47,025 nt of DNA from a virus (lineage: Duplodnaviria > Caudoviricetes), in the IMG/VR virus record IMGVR_UViG_3300030376_003142, positions 1 through 47,025 of that record; one strand, 5' to 3'. The first letter of the stretch is position 1, and each line of letters starts with the position of its first letter. A program made the translations under genes and the position numbers. Below, piece after piece: positions 1-9,919 of the stretch. Under the pieces are notes generated by a model. It worked only from the letters and a program-made list of their open reading frames with translations. It was not told the origin of the DNA and ran no database searches.

Positions 1-2
1 CA

Positions 3-392
3 ATCGATCCATTCGATTTCTGGCAAGGAGCAAACTTCAAGTTGAAGGCGAAGAACGTGGCAGGTTATAGAAACTATGATAGTAGTGAGTTTGCTACATC
101 TAGTGCATTACTAGATGATGACGATGCTCTTGAAGCATTGTGGAAGAAACAGTATTCTCTTGCAGAGTTTACTACTGCTGATCAATTCAAATCATATGCA
201 GACCTTGAGACTCGTCTCAATCGAGTGTTGAATACATCACCATCTCGTGCGAAGATAGATGTTGAGGTTTCCAATGAGGAGGAAGAGATAGTTGTTGCTA
301 AAGATGAACCTGTAAAGGTTGCTGCAGCAGCAGGTGCAGGTGCAGGTGACGAAGATGCACTAAGTTACTTTCAGAAACTAGCTGAAGAGTAA
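3..392 (+). CDS. gp32: T4-like single-stranded DNA-binding protein gp32, C-terminal part (5' truncated by the window)
   Basis: Frame is open from base 3: IDPFDFWQGANFKLKAKNVAGYRNYDSSEF...FKSYADL...DALSYFQKLAEE, the characteristic cyanophage gp32 C-terminus with an acidic tail. Confidence 0.95.
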   Translation: MDPFDFWQGANFKLKAKNVAGYRNYDSSEFATSSALLDDDDALEALWKKQYSLAEFTTADQFKSYADLETRLNRVLNTSPSRAKIDVEVSNEEEEIVVAKDEPVKVAAAAGAGAGDEDALSYFQKLAEE

Positions 393-959
393 GTGGAAAT
401 AAAGTCCTTCAAGGAACTTATAGGAGTCTGGGATGGTAATCTTACCGTCCTAGACTCTTCTTATAGGGAGATATTAAAATTATATGAGGATGATCCTAAG
501 ACAGACGGATATTCTAATCTAAATGGGTGGCAAAAAACTGGGTTGCATAAGATGCCACAGTTTACACCACTAAAAGATTTGATTGTCAATAAATGCTTTG
601 AGTATTTGGCAGAGCATCAGATAGATAGACCAAGAGGATTGGAATGTGTACATCTCTTTGCAAATATAAATCCGAAAGGTGCATCAAATATTATGCATCA
701 TCATACTTTTGGACAGATAAGTGGAGTTTATTGGTTGAAGGCACCACTTCATAGTGGGGATCTTATTGTTATGAGTCCATTTACTAATAGATACCTCAAT
801 ACATCAACTGTTCCTAAGACAGACTATAATGCATTACAGTTGAAACCAAAATCAAATCAAGGTGTGTTTTTCAATAGTAATTTGACACACTACGTTGACA
901 TCAACAGGTCGAACAAGGACAGAGTGTCGGTGGCATTTCACATACTTATTCATGCCTGA
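393..959 (+). CDS. Putative 2OG-Fe(II) oxygenase (cyanophage TIGR02466-like)
   Basis: FANINPKGASNIMHHH...ISGVYW...SGDL...FNSNLTHYVDINRSNKDRVSVAF; double-stranded beta-helix motifs HxH...H...RxS; GTG start abuts the gp32 stop. Confidence 0.85.
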   Translation: MEIKSFKELIGVWDGNLTVLDSSYREILKLYEDDPKTDGYSNLNGWQKTGLHKMPQFTPLKDLIVNKCFEYLAEHQIDRPRGLECVHLFANINPKGASNIMHHHTFGQISGVYWLKAPLHSGDLIVMSPFTNRYLNTSTVPKTDYNALQLKPKSNQGVFFNSNLTHYVDINRSNKDRVSVAFHILIHA

Positions 960-971
960 GGCAAATTCGAC

Positions 972-1000
972 TTTTTATTCCCATAATTCGGGAAAAAAAA
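972..1000. terminator. Hairpin flanked by T- and A-tracts, possible bidirectional terminator
   Basis: TTTTTATTCCC-ATAATTC-GGGAAAAAAAA in the intergenic gap. Confidence 0.4.
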
Positions 1001-1030
1001 CTCCGACCATTTTTGACCCTTTAAGTTTTT

Positions 1031-1576
1031 ATGAAAAACATTATTATCATAAAAGAGAATATTGATGTAAAACCATTTTTGGAAGAAATGGACTTATCTG
1101 ATTGGGATTGGGTAGCTCGTCAAAAGGGTGTTGGTGGAGATAAGAACCCATATGGATTTTTACCATTAGTTTGGGCAAGTGTGAAAAGAGGAGAAGATCC
1201 ACATGATGCTAATGGACAAAAAAGGACTCCATTATACGATAAGTATAAGAAAGTCCAAGAATTTTGGAAAGAGAATAATATCACCAGCACGGGACGAGCA
1301 GCATTTTTCAGACTAAGGCCAGGAGGAAAGGTCAATAGTCATATAGATCGGGGTTTATATTACCAAGACAAGGATAGATACCACTTATCTTTACAAGGAG
1401 AGTACTTATATCGAGTTGGAGATGAGGAGATGCTGGTGAAACCAGGAACATTCTTCTGGTTTTACAATAAAATACCTCACTCAGCAGATAACGTGGGTGA
1501 GGTTGATAGGTATACTCTTGTTTGGGATGTTCCTCATAGTACAAACAATCCACATCATAAGGTAAATCAAAACTAA
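1031..1576 (+). CDS. Aspartyl/asparaginyl beta-hydroxylase-like cupin oxygenase
   Basis: FFRLRPGGKVNSHID...DRYHLSL...PGTFFWFYNKIPHSADN.G..DRYTLVWD (HxD...H...R). Confidence 0.8.
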   Translation: MKNIIIIKENIDVKPFLEEMDLSDWDWVARQKGVGGDKNPYGFLPLVWASVKRGEDPHDANGQKRTPLYDKYKKVQEFWKENNITSTGRAAFFRLRPGGKVNSHIDRGLYYQDKDRYHLSLQGEYLYRVGDEEMLVKPGTFFWFYNKIPHSADNVGEVDRYTLVWDVPHSTNNPHHKVNQN

Positions 1577-1647
1577 AGATATTATAAAAAAACACGTTTT
1601 TGTGTTCATTTCAATATAATATAGTATGTGGGATTCAACAAAAACTA

Positions 1648-1773
1648 ATGCAGGTACCAACAACTACCTTACACTCTTTAAAATGGACTGAAGATGGAGA
1701 ATTATCTTCTATTGATATGAATAGGATTTTGGATGCCTTGGAAAATGTGGAAGAAGAGGATAAAAAAGAATAA
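1648..1773 (+). CDS. Small hypothetical protein (41 aa, absent from the ORF track)
   Basis: MQVPTTTLHSLKWTEDGELSSIDMNRILDALENVEEEDKKE*; TATAAT just upstream (about 1615); its stop abuts the convergent gp53 stop. Confidence 0.55.
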   Translation: MQVPTTTLHSLKWTEDGELSSIDMNRILDALENVEEEDKKE

Positions 1774-2430
1774 TTAACGAGGAGATATTATTCTTAGATT
1801 ATCTCCTTTTTTAGTTTTACTATTGATATATTGACTACTATCTTCATAAGTTAATAGATCTCTCATATCTCTTTGTATTTGTGAGAGGTATCTTGCTTTT
1901 ACAACGTGGATGTGTCTTTTGTCATCGTTTTTACTATCTTCATATTGATAGTTTGAAACTGAATCTACTTGAGAATGTGTTGTATAAAGACCATTTTCAG
2001 TAAATGTGAATGAATGATCTCCATCAACCCACAACCCTGACTGTTGTAGTAGTCTACCTTGACTATCTCTTACTTCTCTTGTTTCATAGTGATGTACACC
2101 ACTTAGACGTGCATTACCATATTTGTTTTCAAGATATCTTTGAAATTCATTTTGACCCATTGGCCATTCATCACGAACATTTATAATATTGTTGGATATT
2201 AGAACTACCCAATCAAGATCAGGTGATCCATATAATTTTTGTGCTACATTGTCTGGTCTATCATCACCAACTATAGTATATTTGTCGAAAGCAACAGTAG
2301 ACTCAAATATATCATCACGAATTTTACCTCTTTTGAATATATTGGTATTTTCAACAAAATCTGTTGTTGATGTCCTATTATCAGAGAAGGATGGGAGTAA
2401 AACTTTAGGGAAGTTATCGAAATATGCCAT
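1774..2430 (-). CDS. gp53: Baseplate wedge protein gp53
   Basis: MAYFDNFP...YTIVGDDRPDNVAQKLYGSPDLDWVVLISNNIINVRDEWP...VHHYET; LysM-like gp53 signature and T4-like synteny. Confidence 0.92.
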   Translation of the reverse strand: MAYFDNFPKVLLPSFSDNRTSTTDFVENTNIFKRGKIRDDIFESTVAFDKYTIVGDDRPDNVAQKLYGSPDLDWVVLISNNIINVRDEWPMGQNEFQRYLENKYGNARLSGVHHYETREVRDSQGRLLQQSGLWVDGDHSFTFTENGLYTTHSQVDSVSNYQYEDSKNDDKRHIHVVKARYLSQIQRDMRDLLTYEDSSQYINSKTKKGDNLRIISPR

Positions 2431-4073
2431 TAGAATCCTACGTCGTGTTTAGTCATACCGTTTATACCTTTGAGAGGTGCAAGTTCAGACCCATCCATTG
2501 TAAGATCATTCAAACTTGCATCAGATGCGTTTTTAGTCTTAGCTTGGGTATTATTTAAACTCTCATTTGTCATATTATAATCATCTCCGAAGATAGGAGT
2601 CAATTCAGTAAAGGAGAGTTGCATTTGTGCTCTTGGTGGCATTGATACTGCATTACTATCATAATATGATTGCCAAACTCCTTCAGGAGAATAGTCTACA
2701 TTGACTTGTGTCAGAGCACACATCTTATGTATAGGTAATGATCTAATTCTTCTTTGTCCATTATAATATCCAAGACGGAAGATATTAGGTGAACCTAAGA
2801 AAAGTGCATTACTTCCTCTAAATGGTAACATACCCTGTTTGAAGAATCTTTGTATTCTTCTTGCAGCCCATGCATCAGATTCACTATTTGGAGCAAAATC
2901 ATATAGAAAGGTAAATGATCTTAGTTTTGGACCAGAGAATAGTAGTTCAAGGTTAGGGTTAATTGCCATACCTGATGATCTAGCAATAAATTGATTAGTA
3001 TCTACATTGATATTTACTTTCGATAGAGCAAATTTAGAAAGTGCTGCTGATAATATTGTTCTAGTACCTGTTTGACCAGGACTCTCCGCATTGTTTCTCA
3101 ATTCATCAAATGCCTTATTCCCTGTCTGTGCAATACCATTCAAAACTGCTGCGAACGATCCCGTATCTAATCCTTTTCTTACAGCATTGTTAACACCAAA
3201 GAAAGCACCCATTTCCATGGCATTTGCTTTTGCACCACCCCATTCAACTCCATTACTTTGATTTAGTTGATTTGGTATTGGTAATTTTACTACACCTATA
3301 AATTCTTTGATATTATTACCTCTAGAAACTCCACGTCTCATTGTATTATCAATACTATTATCAGATGAATCCATGTTCATTTGACCTGCCTGAGGAGCTT
3401 TATATGAGAATTGTTCAATCTTCATATAATCTTGACTACTTTCTCCTTGGTATATTGCATCTACTGGATATGTTATTGCAGCAAGTCCCCAGTTTTTGCT
3501 ACTCATTTCATTATGAACATCAACATCCAGATTTTCCTCATCTTTTCTCTTTGCTTCCTCCTCATCCAAAATAGTATCATGACTAGATGCTAAATTGACT
3601 GTAGAATTTCCATTTGTCAATTCAATTTCCCCACCACTAGGTCTCAATGCTGTACTTAGAGGGGTCATCTTAGATCCCAACAACTGTTCTTTCAGTTTTA
3701 CGACATTGTTACTGCTGGCATCATACTTTAATGCAGCTTCATAAAAGCTACCAGTTCCAGATCTTTCTGCTGCATCAATATAAAGCTGCCGATATTCTTT
3801 TCCTTCCTGACCTCCATTTTTTTGATCAAGATGTGAGTATGCAACAGTTCTATAATATCCTTCTTGAAATGTAGTACTTTCTGTTAATGTTGATAATGCA
3901 TCACCCTGTACTGCTTGATTAGTATCTAAATTTTTTACACTTTGTATTTTTAGAAAATTATCTTGTTTATAGTTAACGTCTAGTATAATTCGATAATTTG
4001 TACCATCAATTTCCACATTCTGTCCATAAGAACATCTAGCTTGGAACATACAATCGGGGGTTGGTTTTGCCAT
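2430..4073 (-). CDS. gp48: Baseplate tail-tube cap gp48
   Basis: LPIPNQL...INPNLELLFSGPKLRSFTFLYDFAP...CALTQVNVDYSP...LSFTELTPI. Confidence 0.88.
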   Translation of the reverse strand: MAKPTPDCMFQARCSYGQNVEIDGTNYRIILDVNYKQDNFLKIQSVKNLDTNQAVQGDALSTLTESTTFQEGYYRTVAYSHLDQKNGGQEGKEYRQLYIDAAERSGTGSFYEAALKYDASSNNVVKLKEQLLGSKMTPLSTALRPSGGEIELTNGNSTVNLASSHDTILDEEEAKRKDEENLDVDVHNEMSSKNWGLAAITYPVDAIYQGESSQDYMKIEQFSYKAPQAGQMNMDSSDNSIDNTMRRGVSRGNNIKEFIGVVKLPIPNQLNQSNGVEWGGAKANAMEMGAFFGVNNAVRKGLDTGSFAAVLNGIAQTGNKAFDELRNNAESPGQTGTRTILSAALSKFALSKVNINVDTNQFIARSSGMAINPNLELLFSGPKLRSFTFLYDFAPNSESDAWAARRIQRFFKQGMLPFRGSNALFLGSPNIFRLGYYNGQRRIRSLPIHKMCALTQVNVDYSPEGVWQSYYDSNAVSMPPRAQMQLSFTELTPIFGDDYNMTNESLNNTQAKTKNASDASLNDLTMDGSELAPLKGINGMTKHDVGF

Positions 4074-4074
4074 A

Positions 4075-4476
4075 TTACCAAATTTTTACAGGGCTAATGT
4101 CTAATTCTACACTTCCAAGATCTCTAACAAATTCTTGTAAATTCATTTCCATAGCAGTTTTCCATTCTTCCATTGCAAGGTCTAGAAAAATTGAGTCCAC
4201 GTAAGATCTTAGGTATTTATGGTATCCTTTAGGAAGTTCAGATGGATTTGATTCATCACACCACTCTAATATCATTTCTCTTTCGTCGGGGGCGTAGTAA
4301 TGTAAGTTGACACCCCAGAAAATATTACCTTGACTTGCCGTAATATAACATAAAGGGTTTCTATCGTAATACCTTAGCTTGTTTGCTGTTTTAGCACCAT
4401 ACTGGAACAGCATCAAGTGCCCAGGAGCAGGAGAGCCTGTAGTGGTTGATTTTGGAAAAACGTTTTTATACTCCAA
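4075..4476 (-). CDS. gp2: DNA end-protector gp2-like protein
   Basis: PGHLMLFQYGAK...LRYYDRNPL...FWGVNLHY...HKYL; lies between gp4 and gp48. Confidence 0.75.
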   Translation of the reverse strand: MEYKNVFPKSTTTGSPAPGHLMLFQYGAKTANKLRYYDRNPLCYITASQGNIFWGVNLHYYAPDEREMILEWCDESNPSELPKGYHKYLRSYVDSIFLDLAMEEWKTAMEMNLQEFVRDLGSVELDISPVKIW

Positions 4477-4897
4477 GTTCCTTCTCCGTCATTACTTGAA
4501 ATTCCCATTTTCTATCTTTACAGAAATCTGTTGCTGCCTTCCATTTTGCTTGATTTTTGGCATATTCAAGAGTTTCCTGAATATATCTTTTTGTTTTTTT
4601 ATTTTGAGTAGGTGGCTTGCATTGTCTAAGTGGTTTGACTTCAATTACCCTTTCAACCAATTTACCTCTATTATTCTTATATTTTATATAAAAATCTGGG
4701 AAATATCTACGAATTTTGTCTGTAGTTGGATCAAAGTATGGTATATAGAATTCTTCAGATGCCCATGATAAGATAGCAGGGTTACTATCACAGTAAGACA
4801 TAAATTTTCGCTCCCATAGTGAACGATATATTATATTTCTAGGGTCACCTTTATACTTTTTTGGTTTTACTGGACGAAACTTCCCTTTATATGACAT
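4466..4897 (-). CDS. gp4: Head completion nuclease gp4
   Basis: MSYKGKF.P..PKKYKGDPRNIIYRSLWERKFM.YCD.NP.IL.WASEE..IPY...RYFPDF...IEVKP...NQAKWKAA. Confidence 0.95.
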   Translation of the reverse strand: MSYKGKFRPVKPKKYKGDPRNIIYRSLWERKFMSYCDSNPAILSWASEEFYIPYFDPTTDKIRRYFPDFYIKYKNNRGKLVERVIEVKPLRQCKPPTQNKKTKRYIQETLEYAKNQAKWKAATDFCKDRKWEFQVMTEKELGV

Positions 4898-4920
4898 ACA
4901 TAGTATACAGGATCATGCTA

Positions 4921-4928
4921 TATTTAGA
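4921..4928 (-). promoter_or_regulatory. T4-type late promoter for the gp4-gp2-gp48-gp53 operon
   Basis: TCTAAATA on the minus strand about 25 nt upstream of the gp4 start; variant of TATAAATA. Confidence 0.55.
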
Positions 4929-5863
4929 TGCCAAGGACACCAGATGTCTTTTCGTATAGAAGACATTACTTACCAACAGAGCAGTTATATTATGGAGATT
5001 CCAGAAACGGTGATCTAACACCTGCGTTGAATAACATATATGATGTATCAATAAACTTCAATGCTTCTGCTACTCATGGTAAGTTATTATCATATTTAAT
5101 ACAACATGGATTTTTTACTGGATCTAGTGATCCAGGTCAGACTCTAGCAATGTATTGCTCAGAGGCACTTTTGCCTGGAACTGAGTTGCAGACTTCTCAG
5201 GTTAGTGGTCTTAGACAGGGAGTACAACAGACATATGCAGTGTATAGAAGATATCCTGATATAAATTTGACATGGTATACGAATAAAGAATATTATACAA
5301 ATGATGTATTTAATGCATGGATGGAGTTTATATCACCAACTGAAGTAGGTGGTGGTAGTCATGGTTTTAATACTCAAGACAGAAGAAATGCTAAACCATC
5401 ATTCAGGAGATTACAATATCCAGATACCTATAAAGTTCCTATGCAGATAACTGCCTTTAGTAAGGATGTGGGTAATGGAGATAGGGGTAATAATATTACT
5501 TACTATATTGAGAATGCATTTCCTACCAATATTGTCGCATCACCTCTAGCATATGGTAATGCAGATCTTATAAAGACAACTGTAGCATTTAATTATGAAT
5601 ACTATTATACTGATAGAGCTGCTAAAAATGGTAATTATCTTCAACAGTCAGATAATTGGTTGAATGCACGAAATCCATTAGGAGGTAGAAAAGATATTAC
5701 AGCATGGTCATTAGGAACTGAGAAGAAAGCAGCTACAGTTGATCCCACTTTAGCGAACACCAAGAAGTTAAATCGTGGATTCGGTGGTTGGAGATCTGTT
5801 GTTGATGCTGCTACCTTTGGAAGAACTAATTTAGATAATGATCCAAACTATAAGAAAAAATGA
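4928..5863 (+). CDS. Tail-tube/baseplate initiator-like protein (gp54/gp19 fold)
   Basis: CSEALLPG...YAVYRRYPDINLTWY...FNAWMEFI...NAFPTNI...L.YG...KTTVAFNYEYY; divergent from gp4 and upstream of gp26. Confidence 0.7.
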   Translation: MPRTPDVFSYRRHYLPTEQLYYGDSRNGDLTPALNNIYDVSINFNASATHGKLLSYLIQHGFFTGSSDPGQTLAMYCSEALLPGTELQTSQVSGLRQGVQQTYAVYRRYPDINLTWYTNKEYYTNDVFNAWMEFISPTEVGGGSHGFNTQDRRNAKPSFRRLQYPDTYKVPMQITAFSKDVGNGDRGNNITYYIENAFPTNIVASPLAYGNADLIKTTVAFNYEYYYTDRAAKNGNYLQQSDNWLNARNPLGGRKDITAWSLGTEKKAATVDPTLANTKKLNRGFGGWRSVVDAATFGRTNLDNDPNYKKK

Positions 5864-5874
5864 TTTAAAAGCCT

Positions 5875-5882
5875 ACTAAATA
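5875..5882 (+). promoter_or_regulatory. T4-type late promoter
   Basis: ACTAAATA about 20 nt upstream of the gp26 ATG. Confidence 0.55.
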
Positions 5883-5903
5883 AAGCTACTGAAACCCTTT
5901 ACT

Positions 5904-6629
5904 ATGCCTTTACCAAAGGTCGTTGCACCGACATTTGAACTGAATTTACTATCAACAGGTAAACCAGTAAAATACCGTCCATTTCTCGTTAAGGAAGAGA
6001 AAGCACTTTTAATAGCACTTGAAAGTGGTAATACTAAAGATATCATGGCTACTGTCAAGGAAGTTATGAAGTCTTGCCTTACAACAAGAGTAAAATTGGA
6101 TAATCTACCTACATTTGATCTTGAGTATTTGTTTTTGAATATTAGAGGAAAATCTGTAGGAGAGACAGTAGATTTACAGGTAACTTGTACAGATGATGGA
6201 GAGACTCAAGTTCCACTAACAATATCTTTATCTGATATTGGATTAGATAGTTCTGAAGATCATAGTGATACTATAGATCTTGGTGGTAACATCAAAATCA
6301 AAATGAGATATCCTTCTATGAATGAGTTCTTAGAACAAAATTTTGCAGTTGCAAAAGAGAAGGATACTAAGAAAGTGGATGAAGCATTCAAAGCAGTAGC
6401 AAATTGCATTGATACCATTTACACAGATGAGGAAGCATGGACAGCATCTGATTGTACTACATCTGAGTTGATCAAATTTATTGAAAATCTTAGTAGTGCT
6501 CAGTTTCAGAAAATTGAAACATTCTTCTCTACCATGCCTAGATTGAAGTATGAATCAAAAGTGAAAAATCCTAATACAGGTATTGAAACAGATGTTGTAA
6601 TTGAGGGACTATCCAATTTTTTCGGATAA
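5904..6629 (+). CDS. gp26: Baseplate hub subunit gp26
   Basis: MPLPKV..PTFEL.L.STGK.VKYRPFLVKEEKALLIA...FDLEYLFLNIRGKSVGE...QF.KIE.FF.TMP...IEGLSNFF. Confidence 0.93.
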   Translation: MPLPKVVAPTFELNLLSTGKPVKYRPFLVKEEKALLIALESGNTKDIMATVKEVMKSCLTTRVKLDNLPTFDLEYLFLNIRGKSVGETVDLQVTCTDDGETQVPLTISLSDIGLDSSEDHSDTIDLGGNIKIKMRYPSMNEFLEQNFAVAKEKDTKKVDEAFKAVANCIDTIYTDEEAWTASDCTTSELIKFIENLSSAQFQKIETFFSTMPRLKYESKVKNPNTGIETDVVIEGLSNFFG

Positions 6630-6814
6630 TGCTATATCATACGTCTATTGATACGTATCTTGAGGTTAATTTTGCACTCATGCATCATCATCAATGGTCA
6701 TTGACTGATATAGAATCTCTGATTCCTTGGGAACGTGAAGTTTATATAAAGTACCTTACCAGTGCTTTAGAAAAGCAAAAATTAGAAGCACAACAAGCCC
6801 AACATGGCTACTAA
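6629..6814 (+). CDS. gp51: Baseplate hub assembly catalyst gp51
   Basis: NFALMHHHQWSLTDIESLIPWEREVY; follows gp26. Confidence 0.88.
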   Translation: MLYHTSIDTYLEVNFALMHHHQWSLTDIESLIPWEREVYIKYLTSALEKQKLEAQQAQHGY

Positions 6815-8306
6815 TGTAACAGCAAAAACTCCATTATTGACTCCTCTTGAGGAGAGGATGAGGAATGCTGCTGCTAAGTTGCAACCAGACGAGGAAGGTA
6901 GGGGTAAGTTGACTAGAAAGTTAGGCGAGATAATGCTTGACATGGAGAGGATGAATAATGAGATGAAGGGTTTGAGAACCGAAGTTAGAAGAGATATTAG
7001 AGCAAGAGAGAAATATTTTAGAGAAGAAGAGAAATTAATAAAGAAAGATTCAAAGAATACTGGAATATTAGCAGATAGATTAGTAAATCTTGGTAATATT
7101 GTTGCAGGTCTTGCAGTTGCTAATGGAATTAGATTACTGGGTGAAGGGGATATATCAGGTGGATTATCTGATATTGGTGTAGGAGCAGGTATAGGATTAG
7201 TCAATAACGCAGATACGTTGCTTCCACTTGTGACAACTGGTGTTGTAAATTGGATGATGGCAAGAAAGCTGATTCCACGAAGAGGAGTACCAACAGGAAA
7301 TGTGGCAGGTAATGCAAAGAATTTGAAATGGTTAAGAAATCCAAAACTAATTGCTACAGCAGCCGCTATACTTGCTATACCAACTATCATGAGTATGATT
7401 GGTGGTGGTCCAGCAAATGCATCACCTAATGAGAATATAGTTATGAATAAGGGTGATGTTGAGCAGTTTGATGTTCAAGTAGATAAATTTTCTCGTATTC
7501 TTGATAAAGGTTTGAAGGGTAGACAAGAGGCATCATCAGGTTATGCAAAACCTAAAAAACCAATGTTCACTTGGCCATGGCAAAAAGATAATGACGAAGT
7601 TGAAGTGAAGGGGGAGGTCACAGATGACTTTGAAAATGACCCAGAAGCACAGGCTTTATTATCACTTATCTTAGAGAAAGAGAGTAATGGTAACTATAAT
7701 ACATTCTTTGGTGGTGATGATTCATTTAATATAACTGGATCTACATTAAAGGAGATATATGATGAACAAACTAGAAGGATGAAGTCAGGAGAAGCAACTT
7801 TCGAGGTAGATGGGGAAAATGTTACTTCTACTGCTGTTGGTGCTTATCAATTTATGAATCCGTTACATGATGTAGAGAAAATGTATAAGGCTCAAAATAG
7901 AGAATTTGATCCTAGTAAAATTATTTTTGATGCAAAATTACAGAATGAATTAGCAATTTGGCAGATACATAAAAAACGTGGTGTAAATCCTATGGATATC
8001 CTTAGTAGAAGGGATTTTGATAAGTTAGGTAAAGAATGGCATGGTATACAGGGTGACGATAGTTATAAAAGATATTTGGAGTTAGTAAAGAGTTTTAATG
8101 CAGATCAGTCTGGTCAGATCAAGGTTAATAATGTGGATCTGACTCTTCCAGGTAATAATAGTAGACAAGTTATGACAGGGGATGAATCTGGATCAGCAAC
8201 TGTGGAACATACTGTTTCCACTACGTTTGGTGGTACTGATGGAATTTCTATTGATAGACTTGCTAATTTATTAGCTTATAATACTCCAGCAATGTTTACA
8301 CAATGA
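6804..8306 (+). CDS. Virion protein with coiled-coil/hydrophobic N-terminus and a lysozyme-like (lytic transglycosylase) domain
   Basis: ALLSLI..KESNGNYN...STAVGAYQF...FDAKLQNELA...LGKEW resembles lambda-R-type muramidase motifs. Confidence 0.6.
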   Translation: MATNVTAKTPLLTPLEERMRNAAAKLQPDEEGRGKLTRKLGEIMLDMERMNNEMKGLRTEVRRDIRAREKYFREEEKLIKKDSKNTGILADRLVNLGNIVAGLAVANGIRLLGEGDISGGLSDIGVGAGIGLVNNADTLLPLVTTGVVNWMMARKLIPRRGVPTGNVAGNAKNLKWLRNPKLIATAAAILAIPTIMSMIGGGPANASPNENIVMNKGDVEQFDVQVDKFSRILDKGLKGRQEASSGYAKPKKPMFTWPWQKDNDEVEVKGEVTDDFENDPEAQALLSLILEKESNGNYNTFFGGDDSFNITGSTLKEIYDEQTRRMKSGEATFEVDGENVTSTAVGAYQFMNPLHDVEKMYKAQNREFDPSKIIFDAKLQNELAIWQIHKKRGVNPMDILSRRDFDKLGKEWHGIQGDDSYKRYLELVKSFNADQSGQIKVNNVDLTLPGNNSRQVMTGDESGSATVEHTVSTTFGGTDGISIDRLANLLAYNTPAMFTQ

Positions 8307-9919
8307 GAGTACTAAAACTATCAAAAATAATATCAAACAGGAATTCTTTAGTAACAAGACTTGAGAATAAATCTCTAAGGCTCAAGAGAAAACTTCTCAA
8401 GAAAAAGGAGGAAACATATAGAAAATTAAATAAAACACTTGCTTCCAGTGGTAAGGGTTCTCCTGGTAATACTATTATCAATGGTATCATAAACACTGGT
8501 TTGTTTGTTGGGTTGCCTTTTGCACCCAGTATACTCAGATCTATAAGAGGAGTTAAACCTAGTAATGTAAGGGGTGCTAATAATGTTGTTAATTTTACTA
8601 GAAATGCTAGTAATGCAAGTAGAAATACTCGAAATCTAACTAATGCTAGTAGGGGTCTTAAGTTCACTAAGGGTAATGTTGCTCTTAATACCTTAGCAGG
8701 TGGATTAGATTATACTGCAAGAATACAAGAAGGACAAACACAAACACAAGCAATTAGTGGATCAGTTAGTGGAGTTGCTGGTGGTATTGGTGGTGCTGCA
8801 ATAGGTATGAAAGTTGGAATGTTTATTGGTGGTGCACTTGGTACTTTCTTTTTTGGGGCAGGTGCTATTCCTGGTGCTGCTATTGGTGGTACTATAGGTT
8901 CTTTTATTGGTGGTTGGATAGGGGCATCTGGTGCTTCTAGGATATCTGATTGGTTTACTGGTGCAGATAAAAAACGTAAAGAAAATATTGCTGAGATTGA
9001 TTCATCAAAGATTAAAACACCTTTTAGTAAGTCAATTGATAAATTTGCTATTGTTCTTGGTAAATTTGATAGGTATGTTGGTGGTCCTCCAGTTGTTGAG
9101 GGTAAAGATTTTTATGGTTATACATTAGAAAAGAATATATCCGCCACAGTTCCTCCATTACCAACAAGAGCACCATGGAAAAGGGTGAACTTACCTCCTC
9201 AGATTAGATATAAGAATTTTAGACAATTTAGATTTCCAAATCCTTTTAAGAGATTCTTAAGATCACGACAGACAAGGTTATTGAATTCAAGGAAAATTAC
9301 AAATATTACTCCTAATACACAAAGGATAAAGAATTTTATTTCAGAATTTAATGATAGGAAGAGCGTAAAAACAGTAAAAAATGCTATAAGATTTATTGGT
9401 CAAGCAAGAATGGCACTATCTAATCCTTATACTCTTGGTGGTTCTTTAATAGTAAATGAGTTGGTCAATCCACAGGGATTAGGTGATGGAACTATGGAGG
9501 GTAATCCAGAGGTGATGAGAAACCTGGGATACGTTAAGACAGATGAAGGATGGGTACATAAGGATAAACTCTCACTACAGGATAAAATGAAGTATCTACC
9601 CTTGTCAACTGAAAGTTTAGGGTTCGACCCTAGTTTTACTGGTATTTCTACTAATTTTAACTTCTTGGACACTGTTGGAATGGGTACGATGAGTGCGTTC
9701 TCTGGTAATACCAATCTGATGAAACTAGACAACCTTTTTGCAGATGGTCAAAATCCATATTTACCTCAGGGGAGTGATAATAATATAGTAACTGTACAAA
9801 AAGGTGATAACAATTTTCAAATTATTCCAGTAACAGTAGATGATATTCAATCTTTTGATACATCATCCCCTGATAATGCTTCTAAATATGTTGAAATGGG
9901 AGGATATCTTACAAACTAA
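8303..9919 (+). CDS. Glycine-zipper, membrane-associated virion protein (tape-measure/ejection-like)
   Basis: GGIGGAAIGMKVGMFIGGALG...GAAIGGTIGSFIGGWIG; basic N-terminus; baseplate hub context. Confidence 0.5.
   Translation: MRVLKLSKIISNRNSLVTRLENKSLRLKRKLLKKKEETYRKLNKTLASSGKGSPGNTIINGIINTGLFVGLPFAPSILRSIRGVKPSNVRGANNVVNFTRNASNASRNTRNLTNASRGLKFTKGNVALNTLAGGLDYTARIQEGQTQTQAISGSVSGVAGGIGGAAIGMKVGMFIGGALGTFFFGAGAIPGAAIGGTIGSFIGGWIGASGASRISDWFTGADKKRKENIAEIDSSKIKTPFSKSIDKFAIVLGKFDRYVGGPPVVEGKDFYGYTLEKNISATVPPLPTRAPWKRVNLPPQIRYKNFRQFRFPNPFKRFLRSRQTRLLNSRKITNITPNTQRIKNFISEFNDRKSVKTVKNAIRFIGQARMALSNPYTLGGSLIVNELVNPQGLGDGTMEGNPEVMRNLGYVKTDEGWVHKDKLSLQDKMKYLPLSTESLGFDPSFTGISTNFNFLDTVGMGTMSAFSGNTNLMKLDNLFADGQNPYLPQGSDNNIVTVQKGDNNFQIIPVTVDDIQSFDTSSPDNASKYVEMGGYLTN

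Noticed and set aside
321-347. GCAGGT x3 microrepeat in the gp32 tail
   Set aside because: In-frame low-complexity linker (AAAAGAGAG); ordinary for the variable gp32 C-terminus
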